Positions 13,271 to 24,516 of a DNA stretch of 64,000 nt are shown here, one piece after another. Origin of the DNA: Sphaerodactylus townsendi (Eukaryota); assembly GCF_021028975.2 (NCBI RefSeq), contig NC_059425.1, positions 155,372,001 to 155,436,000 of the forward strand, given 5' to 3'. How positions within the stretch are numbered: the first letter of the stretch is position 1; each line of letters begins with the position of its first letter. The translations under genes and the position numbers were made by a program. The notes under the pieces were generated by a model. It was not told where the DNA came from and ran no database searches. It was given only the letters and a program-made list of their open reading frames with translations.

Positions 13271-14504
13271 CTAGAATGTCACTTTGACTGGGAGACCCAG
13301 GTTTAAATCCACAATTAACCATGAAACACAGGATGACTTCAATCAAACTTTCAGCCCCACTCACCTCGGTATCTTACACTCTGGGTCTGTTTTATCCCGA
13401 TTTCTCCCTTCGCATCACTTCCCATTTCTATGAAAGATTCGAGTGAAGACTGGGAGGGAATACTCCAATTTCTTTTGCATGAGCCCGGCTTTTTTTGTTT
13501 ATAACAACGTAGATGCAGCTCACATGCTCGAACAGCCCCGGTGTGCTGCATTCTGATTGGCTCTTCCCCCCACTCTAAAAAGCAATGCTTCTGATGGATG
13601 GATCCACAGCAACCACAGGAAAACCAAGCAGGTCGCACACACCCCTTTTCTCTAGCTTTGGAAAGGAGCCGATGCAGTGAGCAACATGGCAACCATGTTG
13701 TGCTATACCAGGGGTCTGCAACCTGCGGCTCTCCAGATGTTCATGGACTACAAATCCCATCAGCCCCTACCAGCATGAGTCACACACCCCACCCCCCAAG
13801 AATATACCAAATAACATTTCTGGTCTTTGGGGCTGTCACTGGGGCTTTCTTTGGGGCAGAATGAGAGCCTCCTGCCAAGCATGTGAGCTGGGAGATGCAG
13901 GATTGGGCTGGCTGCAGCTTGGCTATCAAGCGGCACTTGTGAGAGTGAGCTGGAACAGAGTGAGTATGATGTAAAGCAGGGAGATCAGGCAGTATGTGGG
14001 AAAAATAAATTGGTTTTGCTCCCATGGCTTTTGCACAGAATCAATTCAATGTGATTCAATGTGGGATTTTTGAAAAAGATCACCAATTGGGTGATTTTTG
14101 AAAAACCCAGGATGAGGGAAATATCACGGTACAAACCCACTTTAGGATTGGGAACCGTGCGAATTTCTTGGCCAAACTGGGATATTTTTCTTGCTCAACC
14201 TAGGATATTTGGACCATGCAGAAATGGAACACTGGAATAAGATTTGTTAGGTACTTTTGAAGCATGCCTCCACAAATTCCAACAAAAAGAAAAAGTCTCT
14301 CATTGAACCCAGCCACTGTTTGTCAGCTGCATCTTCCATCACAAACCTTGATTTCACTCCTCTCTTCTCTGAATTTTGGAGCAGGATAGGAAGTCAGTCT
14401 GAAGCAACTTGTGTTATAAAATATTCATTGGGAGGATTAGTCCTGAGGATGAAGGGGTGGGGGTGTGGTGTGTGTGAAATGAGCCCAACCAGATAATAAT
14501 TTGG

Positions 14505-14697
14505 TAGTAATAAGTGCCATCAACTCACATAGGGTTTTCCAGGCAACAAACAAACAAACAAACAAAAGTGGCTTACCATTACCTGTCTCCTCATAGCAAC
14601 CCTGGATTTCCTTGGTGGTTTCCACTCCCAACCTGACCCTCCTTACCTTCCAAGATCTGACAAGATTAGGTTACCCTGGGCCATCCAGGCCAGGGGC
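14505..14697 (-). mobile_element. 5S rRNA-derived SINE (5S-Sauria type)
   Basis: Reverse complement contains ATCTTGTCAGATCTTGGAAGGTAAGGAGGGTCAGG...ACCACCAAGGAAAT (degenerate 5S rRNA internal promoter region), followed by a non-5S body. Confidence 0.75.
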
Positions 14698-17600
14698 TGG
14701 GCATTGAACCATGCTGCTAATCCAAGCCTTTTCTAAAGAGTTGAACAAAAACACCCAAATAAACTTTTGCTTAGGACGTTTTCAGAAAGCAGACAACATC
14801 GGCTATTTCAGTTTGTAAGATACGCCACGAGCCCCTGTGAAATAGCACCTGCATAAATAAATGCTTTTTTCCCCTGCCAGTGAAGATAAAAAAACATTTC
14901 CATTAGAAAGGAGATAGTGTTCAAGTGAGATTATAATATCAACAATTGAAGGTATCTATGCTCTGAAATGCTCGTGTTGTTGCTTTTGAAGCAGTGACCA
15001 AAAAAAAGAAAAGTGTTAGCTTTTGCTTTGACTGGCTATAAGATTTCTCTCACTTATTTTTGTTCAGTGAGTCATCGTTAACTCAGTTATTTTTTTTTTC
15101 TCTGTATCATTATGCATTGTTTTCACCAGTGATGCTGCAAGGTCAGCATTTCCCCCCTCTCTGGAAATAAAATAGTGTAATCACAAATGTGAGTAAGTGA
15201 CCTGGTTTCCTCAAAACTTTCAAAAAATAATTGTGGGGTTGCAAGAACAGTCAAGTTGTCGTTTATGGCACATTTCCCCCTCCCCTCCACATTTAAGTTG
15301 TTTTAAATATGGTATTTTGTACTGTAACCTAGAACTCTATGCAGCAGCAAACCAATTAGTGTTTTGAGGAATATGTGCCCTTGGTGGATATTGCCACTTA
15401 TGGCTGTGTTCCAGTCAGCAGAATTATACAGATCTTGCTTCTGAGGACAATTTCACTATCTTTCCAAAGTGTTTTTCCCCACTGCTGGCTCTCTAGCTTG
15501 ATTCTACAAAAATGCAGTAGCTCATTTGCTCATGGTATTGTAGTCTCTGAATCTGCACCCAAGAGCTTACACATCTGTTCAAATAGATAGAATGTCAGAG
15601 TATAGTCCTAGGAGACCTGAGCTCAGATCCCCACGTCCAACATGAAAGCTCTGTGTGTGACCTTGTCCCAGTGACATCCACTCAGTCTAATCCACTTCAA
15701 AAGGTAGTTGTTGTGAGAGAACGGAGGAGGGGAAAGGGTGTTCTAAGCTGCTTTGAGTCCCATTATGGGAGATAAGCAGGACATAAATAAATGCAGGCAG
15801 GCATATGCATGACCTATTCCTGCTCAGCAAGCTAGAATTTTAGCGAGCTATAAAACAGGGGTGATTTCCTCTATCTTTCAGAAATTTGGTATCTAAGATT
15901 TCTTAGATGATGGGTATAATTCCTGAAAATCTTGTCCCAGTAGAGCAGGGGAGAATGCTACAGCTGGAATCTGAGACTAGTGGCAATGAAAAACCAATGG
16001 AAAAAAACAGATTTAATAACAAATTTAATGGAACCAAACTTGAGTTTTTTAAAAAAGAAAATGAAATGGAAATGAAAAAGGAAATGCTGTGTGCATTTCC
16101 AGTCCCTACAGGGCCTACCCTTAAAAGGCCTTCCAAAGGCAACTCTAATACAGCCACGTCAAAAATTAAATAGCAGCACCCCCTTCCTCAACCCCAACCC
16201 TCAAGGAATTCCTTGCACTTTTTTGGTCTGATTTCAATTTGTTTGCCTGCGTTGGAGGATATTACACAGACTAGCAACCCACATCCCAATCATCCTTGGG
16301 GGAAACAAATAATAATAGCAGCTCCTATGATCCAGTTTATGCTTCCTTTTGAACTGTATCCAAAGTGATACCCTAGTACATTAGGCATTCTAAAGATAAC
16401 ATATGACAATGTGTGGGGAAAAATTTAATATTCTTCATCCCACCAGTAAATGAGTCAGGTGGAAAGGGGCGGGGAAGAGTGCTTACTAGCTGACTGAAAT
16501 ATATTAATGGCTCAGCTGCAATAGATAATTTGGATGGGTAAGTGTTCTAACTCTGTAGAAAGAAGCAATTCCCCACCACCACAGAAAAAAAAAGTGATGA
16601 TTACGTAGCTTACAATGTTGTATAGGAAGGGAAATATCAGTAGCAACATAATGGAGATTTTTCCTGTGGATGAAGCCTAGGGGTGTTTTTTGTTTTACAT
16701 TGAAAAAGTTTCTTGCTCAGGCTACAGGGATTCTTTTTAAGCTAAATGGTCACCTAATGTTGACACCGCTGAGATGATGCCCCTTATTCCCTTTTCCATT
16801 TCTGTCCAAGCGGTGGGGCTGCAATATTATTCCAACGTTTTTCAGTACTGCTGCGTCTGCATCTGCTACAGTATAGTGGAGTCAGACAAGCAGCCAGAAC
16901 AAGACAGAGCTGGCCACTGCTGAATCAGAGTGGTGAATTTAGTCCACCAAAGCATGTTTGTCCAGCACAAGGAAAAATTAAATAAAATTGGATATGACGG
17001 GATGTTTGGTGGGGCAGTTTTTAACTAGATGCCAAAACTGATAAAGATCTAATCAGGAAAAGTAGTCATTCCTATTAAAATGTTAATGCTGATTTATTAC
17101 TCACTCACTGTAGTCCTGGAAACATTTTCCATTTATGTCAGGTTGACTGTAGGATTCAGTGATCATAATAAGCCCATGAATTATGGCTGCTTGAAATGTT
17201 ATGTTTTCAAATGTATTTCCTCTAGGAATATATATGTTAATTTTAAACATTTGAAACTTTTAGAGACAGTGTTGGTCATATATATCCGGTTTGCTTGCCA
17301 TTGTGCATGTACTTAGAAATATTTTGTCAGCTTTGCTGGGGTGGCAAGATAGTTAGATGGAAGTACATCACAGAATGTAAATACCACCCATCCTGAACAC
17401 ATTGACTCTTCATTGATTGGGGCCTCTCCCAGTCACAGTGGTTTCACATCTCTCCTTTCAATGAATTCTTTGTTGTATTGTACAAAATCAAGTAATCAGA
17501 ACATGAACCATTAAGTACCATGTATAGAAAAAGATAAAAATTCCTCTATAAATACATTTTTACAACAAGCATGTTATTTGCTTAGGGCATGAACGGCACC

Positions 17601-17700
17601 ATTGTTTGTATATGTGAAGGGCAAGCTTGGAAAATTTCCATGAACATAAAAAGCTTTAAAGCAGGAGTGTCAAACTCATTTGTTACAAGGGCCAGATATA

Positions 17701-18094
17701 CCCTGTTTCCCCCCAAAATAAGCCCTACCCAAAAATAAGCCCTAGCATGATTTTTCGGGATTTTTGGAGGATGCTTGAAATATAAGTCCTACTCCAAAAA
17801 TAAGCCCTAATTACAGATTCCCCAGCTGATCTGGTCACGTGAGGGGCACAAAATCATGGAAAAAATAAGATATCCCCTGAAAATAAGACCAATGCATCTT
17901 TAGGAGCAAAAATTAATATAAGGCTCATTCCGCACATGCAGAATAATGCACTTTCAAACTGCTTTCAGTGCTCTTTGAAGCTGTGCGGAATGGCAAAATC
18001 CACTTCCAAACAGTTGTGACAGTGGTTTGAAAATGCATTATTTTGCATGTGCGGAAGGGACCTAAGACCCTGCCTTATTTTTGGGGAAACATGG
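17701..18094. mobile_element. Tc1/mariner (Tigger-like) MITE inserted in a hAT end fragment (about 17662-18120)
   Basis: TIRs CCCTGTTTCCCCCCAAAATAAG / CTTATTTTTGGGGAAACATGG with TA on both sides. Confidence 0.85.
17922..18062 (+). mobile_element. 141-bp PIF/Harbinger-type MITE, copy 1
   Basis: TIRs GGCTCATTCCGCACATGCA / TGCATGTGCGGAAGGGACC, 3-bp TSD TAA. Confidence 0.9.
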
Positions 18095-18529
18095 TAACAT
18101 AAATGTAACTTTGCTGGGCCATTACAAGCATAGGCTATCATTTGATAGTGCACTTCTAAACCGAGTTATGCTTTTAGAGAGCCAAAGCAGTGGTTAGAGC
18201 ATTGGACTAGGATCTTCTAGGAGATCCAAATTCATATCATCAGCACGCCATGGAACCTTGGGTCAGTCACTTTCTCTCAACTGAACCTATCTCACAGAGT
18301 TGTTGTGAGAATAAGATGGAGGTGAGAACTATGTAAATTGCTTTAGGTCTCCATTGGCGAAAAGGTTAGGAGAAAGGTAAAGTAAGTAAATAAATAAATT
18401 GTGAGTTTTTTGAAGTCCGTGGGTTTAGAAGGATATAACTGTTTAGGATTGTACTGTAGGTCCTCTAGCAGCAGTTTTCAGGGCTAGAAACTGTTGCAGT
18501 AGCTGGGTTCAGTGCTTTGTTTAAACCTA

Positions 18530-18670
18530 GGCCCCTTCCGCACACGCAAAATAATGCGTTTTCAAACCACTTTCACAACTGTTTGCAAGTGGATTTTGCT
18601 ATCCCGCACAGCTTCAAAGAGCACTGAAAGCAGTTTGAAAGTGCATTATTCTGCATGTGCGGAATGAGCC
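18530..18670 (-). mobile_element. 141-bp PIF/Harbinger-type MITE, copy 2 (inverted relative to copy 1)
   Basis: Near reverse complement of 17922-18062. Flanks CTA/CTG. Confidence 0.9.
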
Positions 18671-18736
18671 CTGGATTCAGTTTTCAACTCAGCCCTGACA
18701 CTCACTGGATAATCTTTGGCCAATCAGTTTCTCTCA

Positions 18737-18876
18737 GGCAGATTCCGCATGGGCCAAAAACAGCAGTGTGAAAACGGTGTGAAAATGGTGTAAACCCTTT
18801 AATACCATTTTAAACCACTTTACATTGTTTTCAAACCGTTTTCACGCCTCTGTTTTTGGCCCATGCGGAATCCACC
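18737..18876. mobile_element. Palindromic PIF/Harbinger-type MITE (second family)
   Basis: GGCAGATTCCGCATGGGCCAAAAACAG...CTGTTTTTGGCCCATGCGGAATCCACC, TSD TCA. Confidence 0.85.
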
Positions 18877-21799
18877 TCAGTCAAACTACCAAAATAGAGG
18901 TGTTGTGGGGATAAAATTGAGTTTTTTCTGCCTTTTTGTTTTGAATTAAGCCACCTGATTTACTTGTGTGTTTTGACTTCAGGCTTCTCTGAACATGAAT
19001 AGAGCCCCAGGGTTCAGGAGAAAGCACTAATCAAATACAAACTGGCTGTCACGACAGTGGTGCAGGTCAAAGATCCATGAGCAAACTATTTCTGTTTGTA
19101 GTGGAGAGTGAGATGGGTTCCAACTGATCCAGCATATCGTTCTCTAATGCTTCTGGCAGGGGTGGGGGGATAAGCTCCATGTTTTCCTGCAGTCTGGATA
19201 CTTGTCTCTGTTCAGTACTGCAGTACTGCTCAGTACAGCAAATATTCAAATATTTGTTGAATATTTAACTATTATTTACAAACATTTTGCAAGTAAATTG
19301 GCAACCCTTCCCGCAGTCTTAACTACCCAGACCTGGGTACCTGTACACAGCAGTGTTTAGTTTTGATACAGAAAAACAGCGGGATCTGTTTGACCCTAAT
19401 CCAATGAGGTGGCAAAGTCTTGAGCCTGGAGAATGGACTCTTATTGATTTAGGTTGCAGGTGGAGGATACAATGGCATATGCGTAATAATATTTTTTTTA
19501 AAGAAAAAAGAACTTCCTGCCAGAACACATCTAACAGTGAATGTAAACGTCTGTATCAGACCTAATTTCATATGCTATTTTTTTTACTTGCAGGAATGGG
19601 GTTCACACACCCACACACGTACACGTACATCAGACAGTGTTGAAAAATGTTATCCATACCTCCCCCTGCGAACACACACATGCTATCCAAAGTGGTAGAA
19701 CACAAGCTACTGGATTTTATCATCTCATTCTGCCACTTCAATGTTTTTCTCGCAGTTCATCTGGTTTATGTCTTTTTGTATATTATTAGAACTGCAGTCT
19801 TCTTATCCAGGGACTAATCCCTACTAAATAAAATTAGACTTACTTCTGAGTAGACCTGTTTTTGACCTGCTTCTCAAGGCACCAGAAAAGTATTTTGGGG
19901 TAAAATAAATTTCATTTTACTGGTTAGCCCTCTTCTTTCCACAGTCCCCTCAAACTACTCCTTTAGTAACTTTCTCAGGCAAGAATAAGAAGATACTAGA
20001 GCCAGTTGGTCATTTTGATGATCCACACTCTCCATTGTATGTGCAAGCAGCCAATGTTTTGTTTACTGGGTTGCTATTGACTTCAGTGTCTCAGTGGCCT
20101 CAGTGTTTCAAATTCTGCAGCCTGAAATTCAAAAGCAATTGGGAAAAAAGGAGTAGGGAGAGAACTAGTTATCTCTGTTAACAGACTATCAGCAACATCA
20201 GTTTGAGCTTAACTCCTGAACATTCACACAGTGTAAACCCGACATTCACAAAGCAAAGTAGAAAAGTTCTTACACAGATAACAGGGATGAAAGGTTATTG
20301 GTTCCAAAATTCTTGGATATTACAATATGCTTAACTTGTAATCAATAAACTCATATCTTGAAGCAGAGGTTGGTGGGTCAGACATTTAGAATTGTGATAA
20401 GAGTGATAACCACTAGCATCCATTTGACATAATGCTCTAATTTTACAGTGTGTGCATTTTTAATAGTCGCACATTATGCCCAGTCAATTGGAAGAATGTT
20501 GTAAGTAGCAGTCTTATATGCACAGTAAATCACAATTGGTTGACATCTCTACGAGTAAACCTAGCATGCTGATTCAGTTTCAGCTTTGTGAATGCTCTAT
20601 CAAGACTGCACAATTACATATCAGCATACCCTGGCTCAGACCATTTTTCATACGTGTCACAAGTAAGACATGCAGTGAAGACTTATAGAACAATTTTAAC
20701 CAGACTTGCACTCTTCTGTTGAAGCCAATAGTTTTAGAAGGGTTTGTACTGTTTTGTTTAGGATTGCACTGTTATTTGCATACCAAAATTCTCCCTCCCT
20801 AAGCCAACTTTGAAGATTATCACATGAATCAGCTTATCTGTATGACAAATCATGCTTTTATCATTTTATGTATGACAAATCATGCTTTTATCATATTATT
20901 AGTGCCTTATACAGCATAGATTTTTTAAATGCAGGAACATTTCTATATTGGAGATTTACAGGCTTTACATCTCATGGTGTCTCCCCTGCCAGACTTTACA
21001 TCTCATAAAATGGTTGAGAAAAACTGAAGGAAAAAAAAATGAGTTGATAGTACTTGTTACCAAACTATTTTTCCATATGTTTAGTCATTCATCTGCATAA
21101 CTCAATAGTGGGGAAGACATCTGTTACTTCTCCTTGTTCTTTTTTCTTCTTGTTTAGGAAGTTTTTTTGCATATTTTCTTCAGGTTAAGTTAAGGCAAGA
21201 AATAATAAGATCTCTTGTTGACATCCAGTGTCATCCTTGGAATGGGAAGATTGAAGACACCCAGCTGCCTTTCTTTTATTTCCTTATAAAACTTTAAATA
21301 TTCATTACTTCAGTGGATTCAGCATCACATTATTCAACTCAGTAAGCTGTTTTTACCTGAGGTATTAATCATGCCTATGTTGGTACTAACCTCACTGTTC
21401 TCAATTATTAGAGTATATTGTAGTTCCTTAAAAAGAGGGTTTTTTTCCTTTGCACAAAATAGTGGATATAATGCTTGGCACAATAAATAGATCTGGAAAC
21501 TTAAAAGTGCTTTGGATTTTTAGAGCAAGGGTGGAGTTGACAATTTTTTACTTTAAAAGGGCAGCTTAGCTAATTCCATAAGACACTGTATTTGTGCATA
21601 CCCGCGGAGGTCTTACTGTATCCTACTAGCTGAGGAATATTGTCAACCTCACTGTGATATGCTTCACTAGCCGGGCTAGTCAGACAGCAGTTCATCAGTC
21701 TCTTATTAGTAGAGCATAGTGACTCCTTTCTTTCCTACCTATTTTTTTCTTTCCTTTCATGGTTTTTTAATTTATACCAGAATTTTAGAGGCCAGTACT

Positions 21800-23190
21800 C
21801 TGAATCCCAATGTTATTTGGGACCTGCTAGATCAATCTGTTATTGCATACCTGGCTGATATCCTAATGTACTCCAAGAGCAGAGCTGAGCACATCACAGA
21901 CATACATCAGGTCCTCCAATTACTTTAGGAGCACCACCTGTATGCAAAACTGGAGAAGTGCACATTCCACTTGCCCTCCATAGACATCCTGGGGCACAGG
22001 TTGTTGCCTTCAGGCATAAAGATAGATCTTATTAAAGTGGAGACTTTGCTGTCCAGGCAAGGACCACGGAACAAGAACAGCAAGTGGTTACTGACAGTTC
22101 ATCTCACATCTCATCCAGTCCCTGACCCAACCCTGAGAGGCGTTCACCTGGACTCCAGCAGTGGCTGAGGCATTCCAAGACCTTAAACACTGGTTTTCAG
22201 CTGAGCCTTGTCTCCAATTCCCAGTCCTGCCTTGTCCTTGACCTTGGAGATGGACTCATCCAGTTCTGCCCTTAGAGCCATCCTGCTCCAACTGGTGGCC
22301 AACAATCAACACCTACGACCATGTGCTTTTTTCTCCCGCCAACTAACCCCTGCTGAGTGCAACTACACGGTGTGGGAACAGAAGCTCCTGGACGTCAAGA
22401 TGGCCTTCAAGGTGTTGAGGCACCACCTCAAGGATGCACAGCACCCAGTCCAGGTTCACAGCACCAACCACTGGAAACTGGGACACGTTCAGTCAGCCAA
22501 TTGTTTGACTGAGCGACATATCTGGTGAGCTCTGTTCTTCTCAGTATACAAAATGAGACAGAACAGTTAGATACTGTTAAAAGAAAACTTCTGTCTGGCT
22601 CAAATAACAGCGTTAAAACTAAACCTTTAATAATTAAAAACTCTATATCAAAAAACCAAAATAAAGAGAATTGCACAACATGGATAACACAATACAAATA
22701 ACAAGGGGATCCCAAAATGTACACTTGGAACTCAAAGTCTCTGTATAAGGGTCAGTGAATGCCAGTACTTCAGACTGCATATTTCAGGATGGACTCCTGA
22801 CCCATTGAGGACATATCTACATGCCCAAACCCATGTAAGTAGATATCCTGAAACTCAGCCATGATACTCCGCTGGCTGGGCACTTCGGCCAGTACAGAAC
22901 TCTGCATTTGATTACAAGGGACTTTTGGTGGCCTCACATTTGGAATGAGATACATCACTTGTAACAATGTGTAAGGTCTGTCATCATGCAAAAACCCAGG
23001 CTGGCAAGCCACTGGGCCTTCTGGTTCCCTTGGCAAGCTATCTCCATGGACTATCACGGACCTACCCAGGTCCCACTGGCACACCAGCATCTTTGTCATG
23101 GTAGACCTGTTATTGAAGTTGGTCCATATGTCCCCTGCAGTGGCACAACTTTGGTCAAGGATAACTGCAGGACATCTTCAGGTTCCATGG
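21800..23190 (+). mobile_element. Ty3/Gypsy LTR retrotransposon pol relic (RT, RNase H, integrase N-terminus)
   Basis: VIAYLADILMYSKS (YxDD region); EMDSSSSALRAILLQ...CAFFSRQLTPAECNY (RNase H); HDTPLAGHFGQYRTLHLITRDFWWP (integrase zinc finger); PWQAISMD. The integrase resumes after 24251 as HGIPKHITS...VQFT. Stops and frameshifts throughout. Confidence 0.9.
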
Positions 23191-24251
23191 TGTTGCAACT
23201 CAGGGCACGGCCCACGTCTGAGGCGATCGTTTGTCCCAAACTTCCAAGCCACCCTTATGTCACCAATGTTAACAAAAGCACAAACGGGGCAAAGGAGAAG
23301 GAGAGAAAAAGGAATTCCCTTTTCCCTGACACCTATTTCAAAGTGCCAAGCCCCAGGGAGATATTCCCTCAGGAAACTGGTTCCTCTCTAGCTGGAGGGA
23401 TCTCCCCTAATAAAAACAAAAAAAAATATGAAAGTTCGCTGCCACCAAAAATATAATCTGTTCTGTAGCCCATAACCTGATAAATGGACACCACTCTTTC
23501 TAGGAACACACACAGACAAAATAGACTGGAACGGTTGTAACTTAAACAAAACTTGAAAAGTTTATTACTGGCTTAAATGTAGGATTCTCAGGCAACCTGA
23601 GAGGATTTTAAAGCTTGTTGGTTTCAAAAGCTTATTGGTTTCAAGAGCTTAATGGTTTCAGAGATGTTGTTGGCACTTCAGTTTCAAACATTCACAGACA
23701 CATGTAAGTGTCACTTAAGAAAAGATTTTACTTCAGAAAAAGATTTGACTTTAGAGTATCACACTCCCTCTTCTGTCAGACGCTAGTCTTTCTGTACCTA
23801 AGCACACTAAACCAACACACCCCAGTCTATGCCCTGTGGGATTCTGGCACACAAGCCTCCCTCTCCCACCATCCAAACTGGCCACACTGCCACTGGACTG
23901 GGCCTCCTAAGACTGGGGTTGTACTGGTTAGGACAGACTCTAGTCTGGACAGAGGTTTTCCGTCAAACACCTGAGTGGCGGGTCACTCTCCACCAAACTC
24001 AGGGCTTCCTGATGTCTCTGATAAGCTTCCTCAGCCTACAGAGTACACTGTCTGACTCCTGCCAGACCAACAGCAGTGACAGATCTCTGCTTGATCTGCT
24101 CACTCTGCCAAAACGCACCAAAAGGCACAAAGAACCAAAAGAAAATGCCCCTCAGCACTCGGGCTGACTCCTTTTATATTCTTGCCATTTCCCTCTAGCC
24201 AATCAGACTCTCACCCTGGAAACTGAATGCCTTATAAGGGCATTCGTCACA
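23191..24251 (-). mobile_element. Solo LTR (1061 bp) inserted in the Gypsy integrase
   Basis: TG...CA termini and exact 5-bp TSD CATGG (23186-23190, 24252-24256). CCAAT at 24199, minus-strand TATAAAA at about 24172-24178, minus-strand AATAAA at 23561-23566. Confidence 0.88.
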
Positions 24252-24321
24252 CATGGTATCCCCAAACACATCACTTCCAACAAGGATGTTCAGTTCACCA
24301 CAGTCTCCATGCCTCATCTTC

Positions 24322-24484
24322 AGGGAATGAGTCTTTGTAGGAATTCACTCCTTTCCCAGCTGACAGCCTATTCATGCTTAGAAAGGAGCCCTGGATGGTC
24401 TGGGTGCAACAAGTGTCCTTCACTGGGAAGCTCCACACACCTGTTCCCCCTGCTTGACTTCTGCAAATTTCAGTTCTTGGGTTG

Positions 24485-24516
<32 letters not shown>

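Noticed and set aside
14590-14697. Possible 5S rRNA gene
   Set aside because: Degenerate, internally deleted, and fused to a SINE body.
18983-19065. Possible extra cassette exon (ttgacttcag|...GCAG|gtc)
   Set aside because: In-frame stop in the required phase. The PDZ sequence is already complete without it.
20839-20898. Short direct repeats (30-bp unit here; similar at about 39122-39165 and 55626-55670) superficially like CRISPR repeats
   Set aside because: Simple two-copy tandem duplications without spacers, in vertebrate DNA.
21719-23391. Possible domesticated or intact retroviral-type gene
   Set aside because: Multiple stops, frameshifts, a mutated YxDD motif and two insertions show a dead Gypsy relic.
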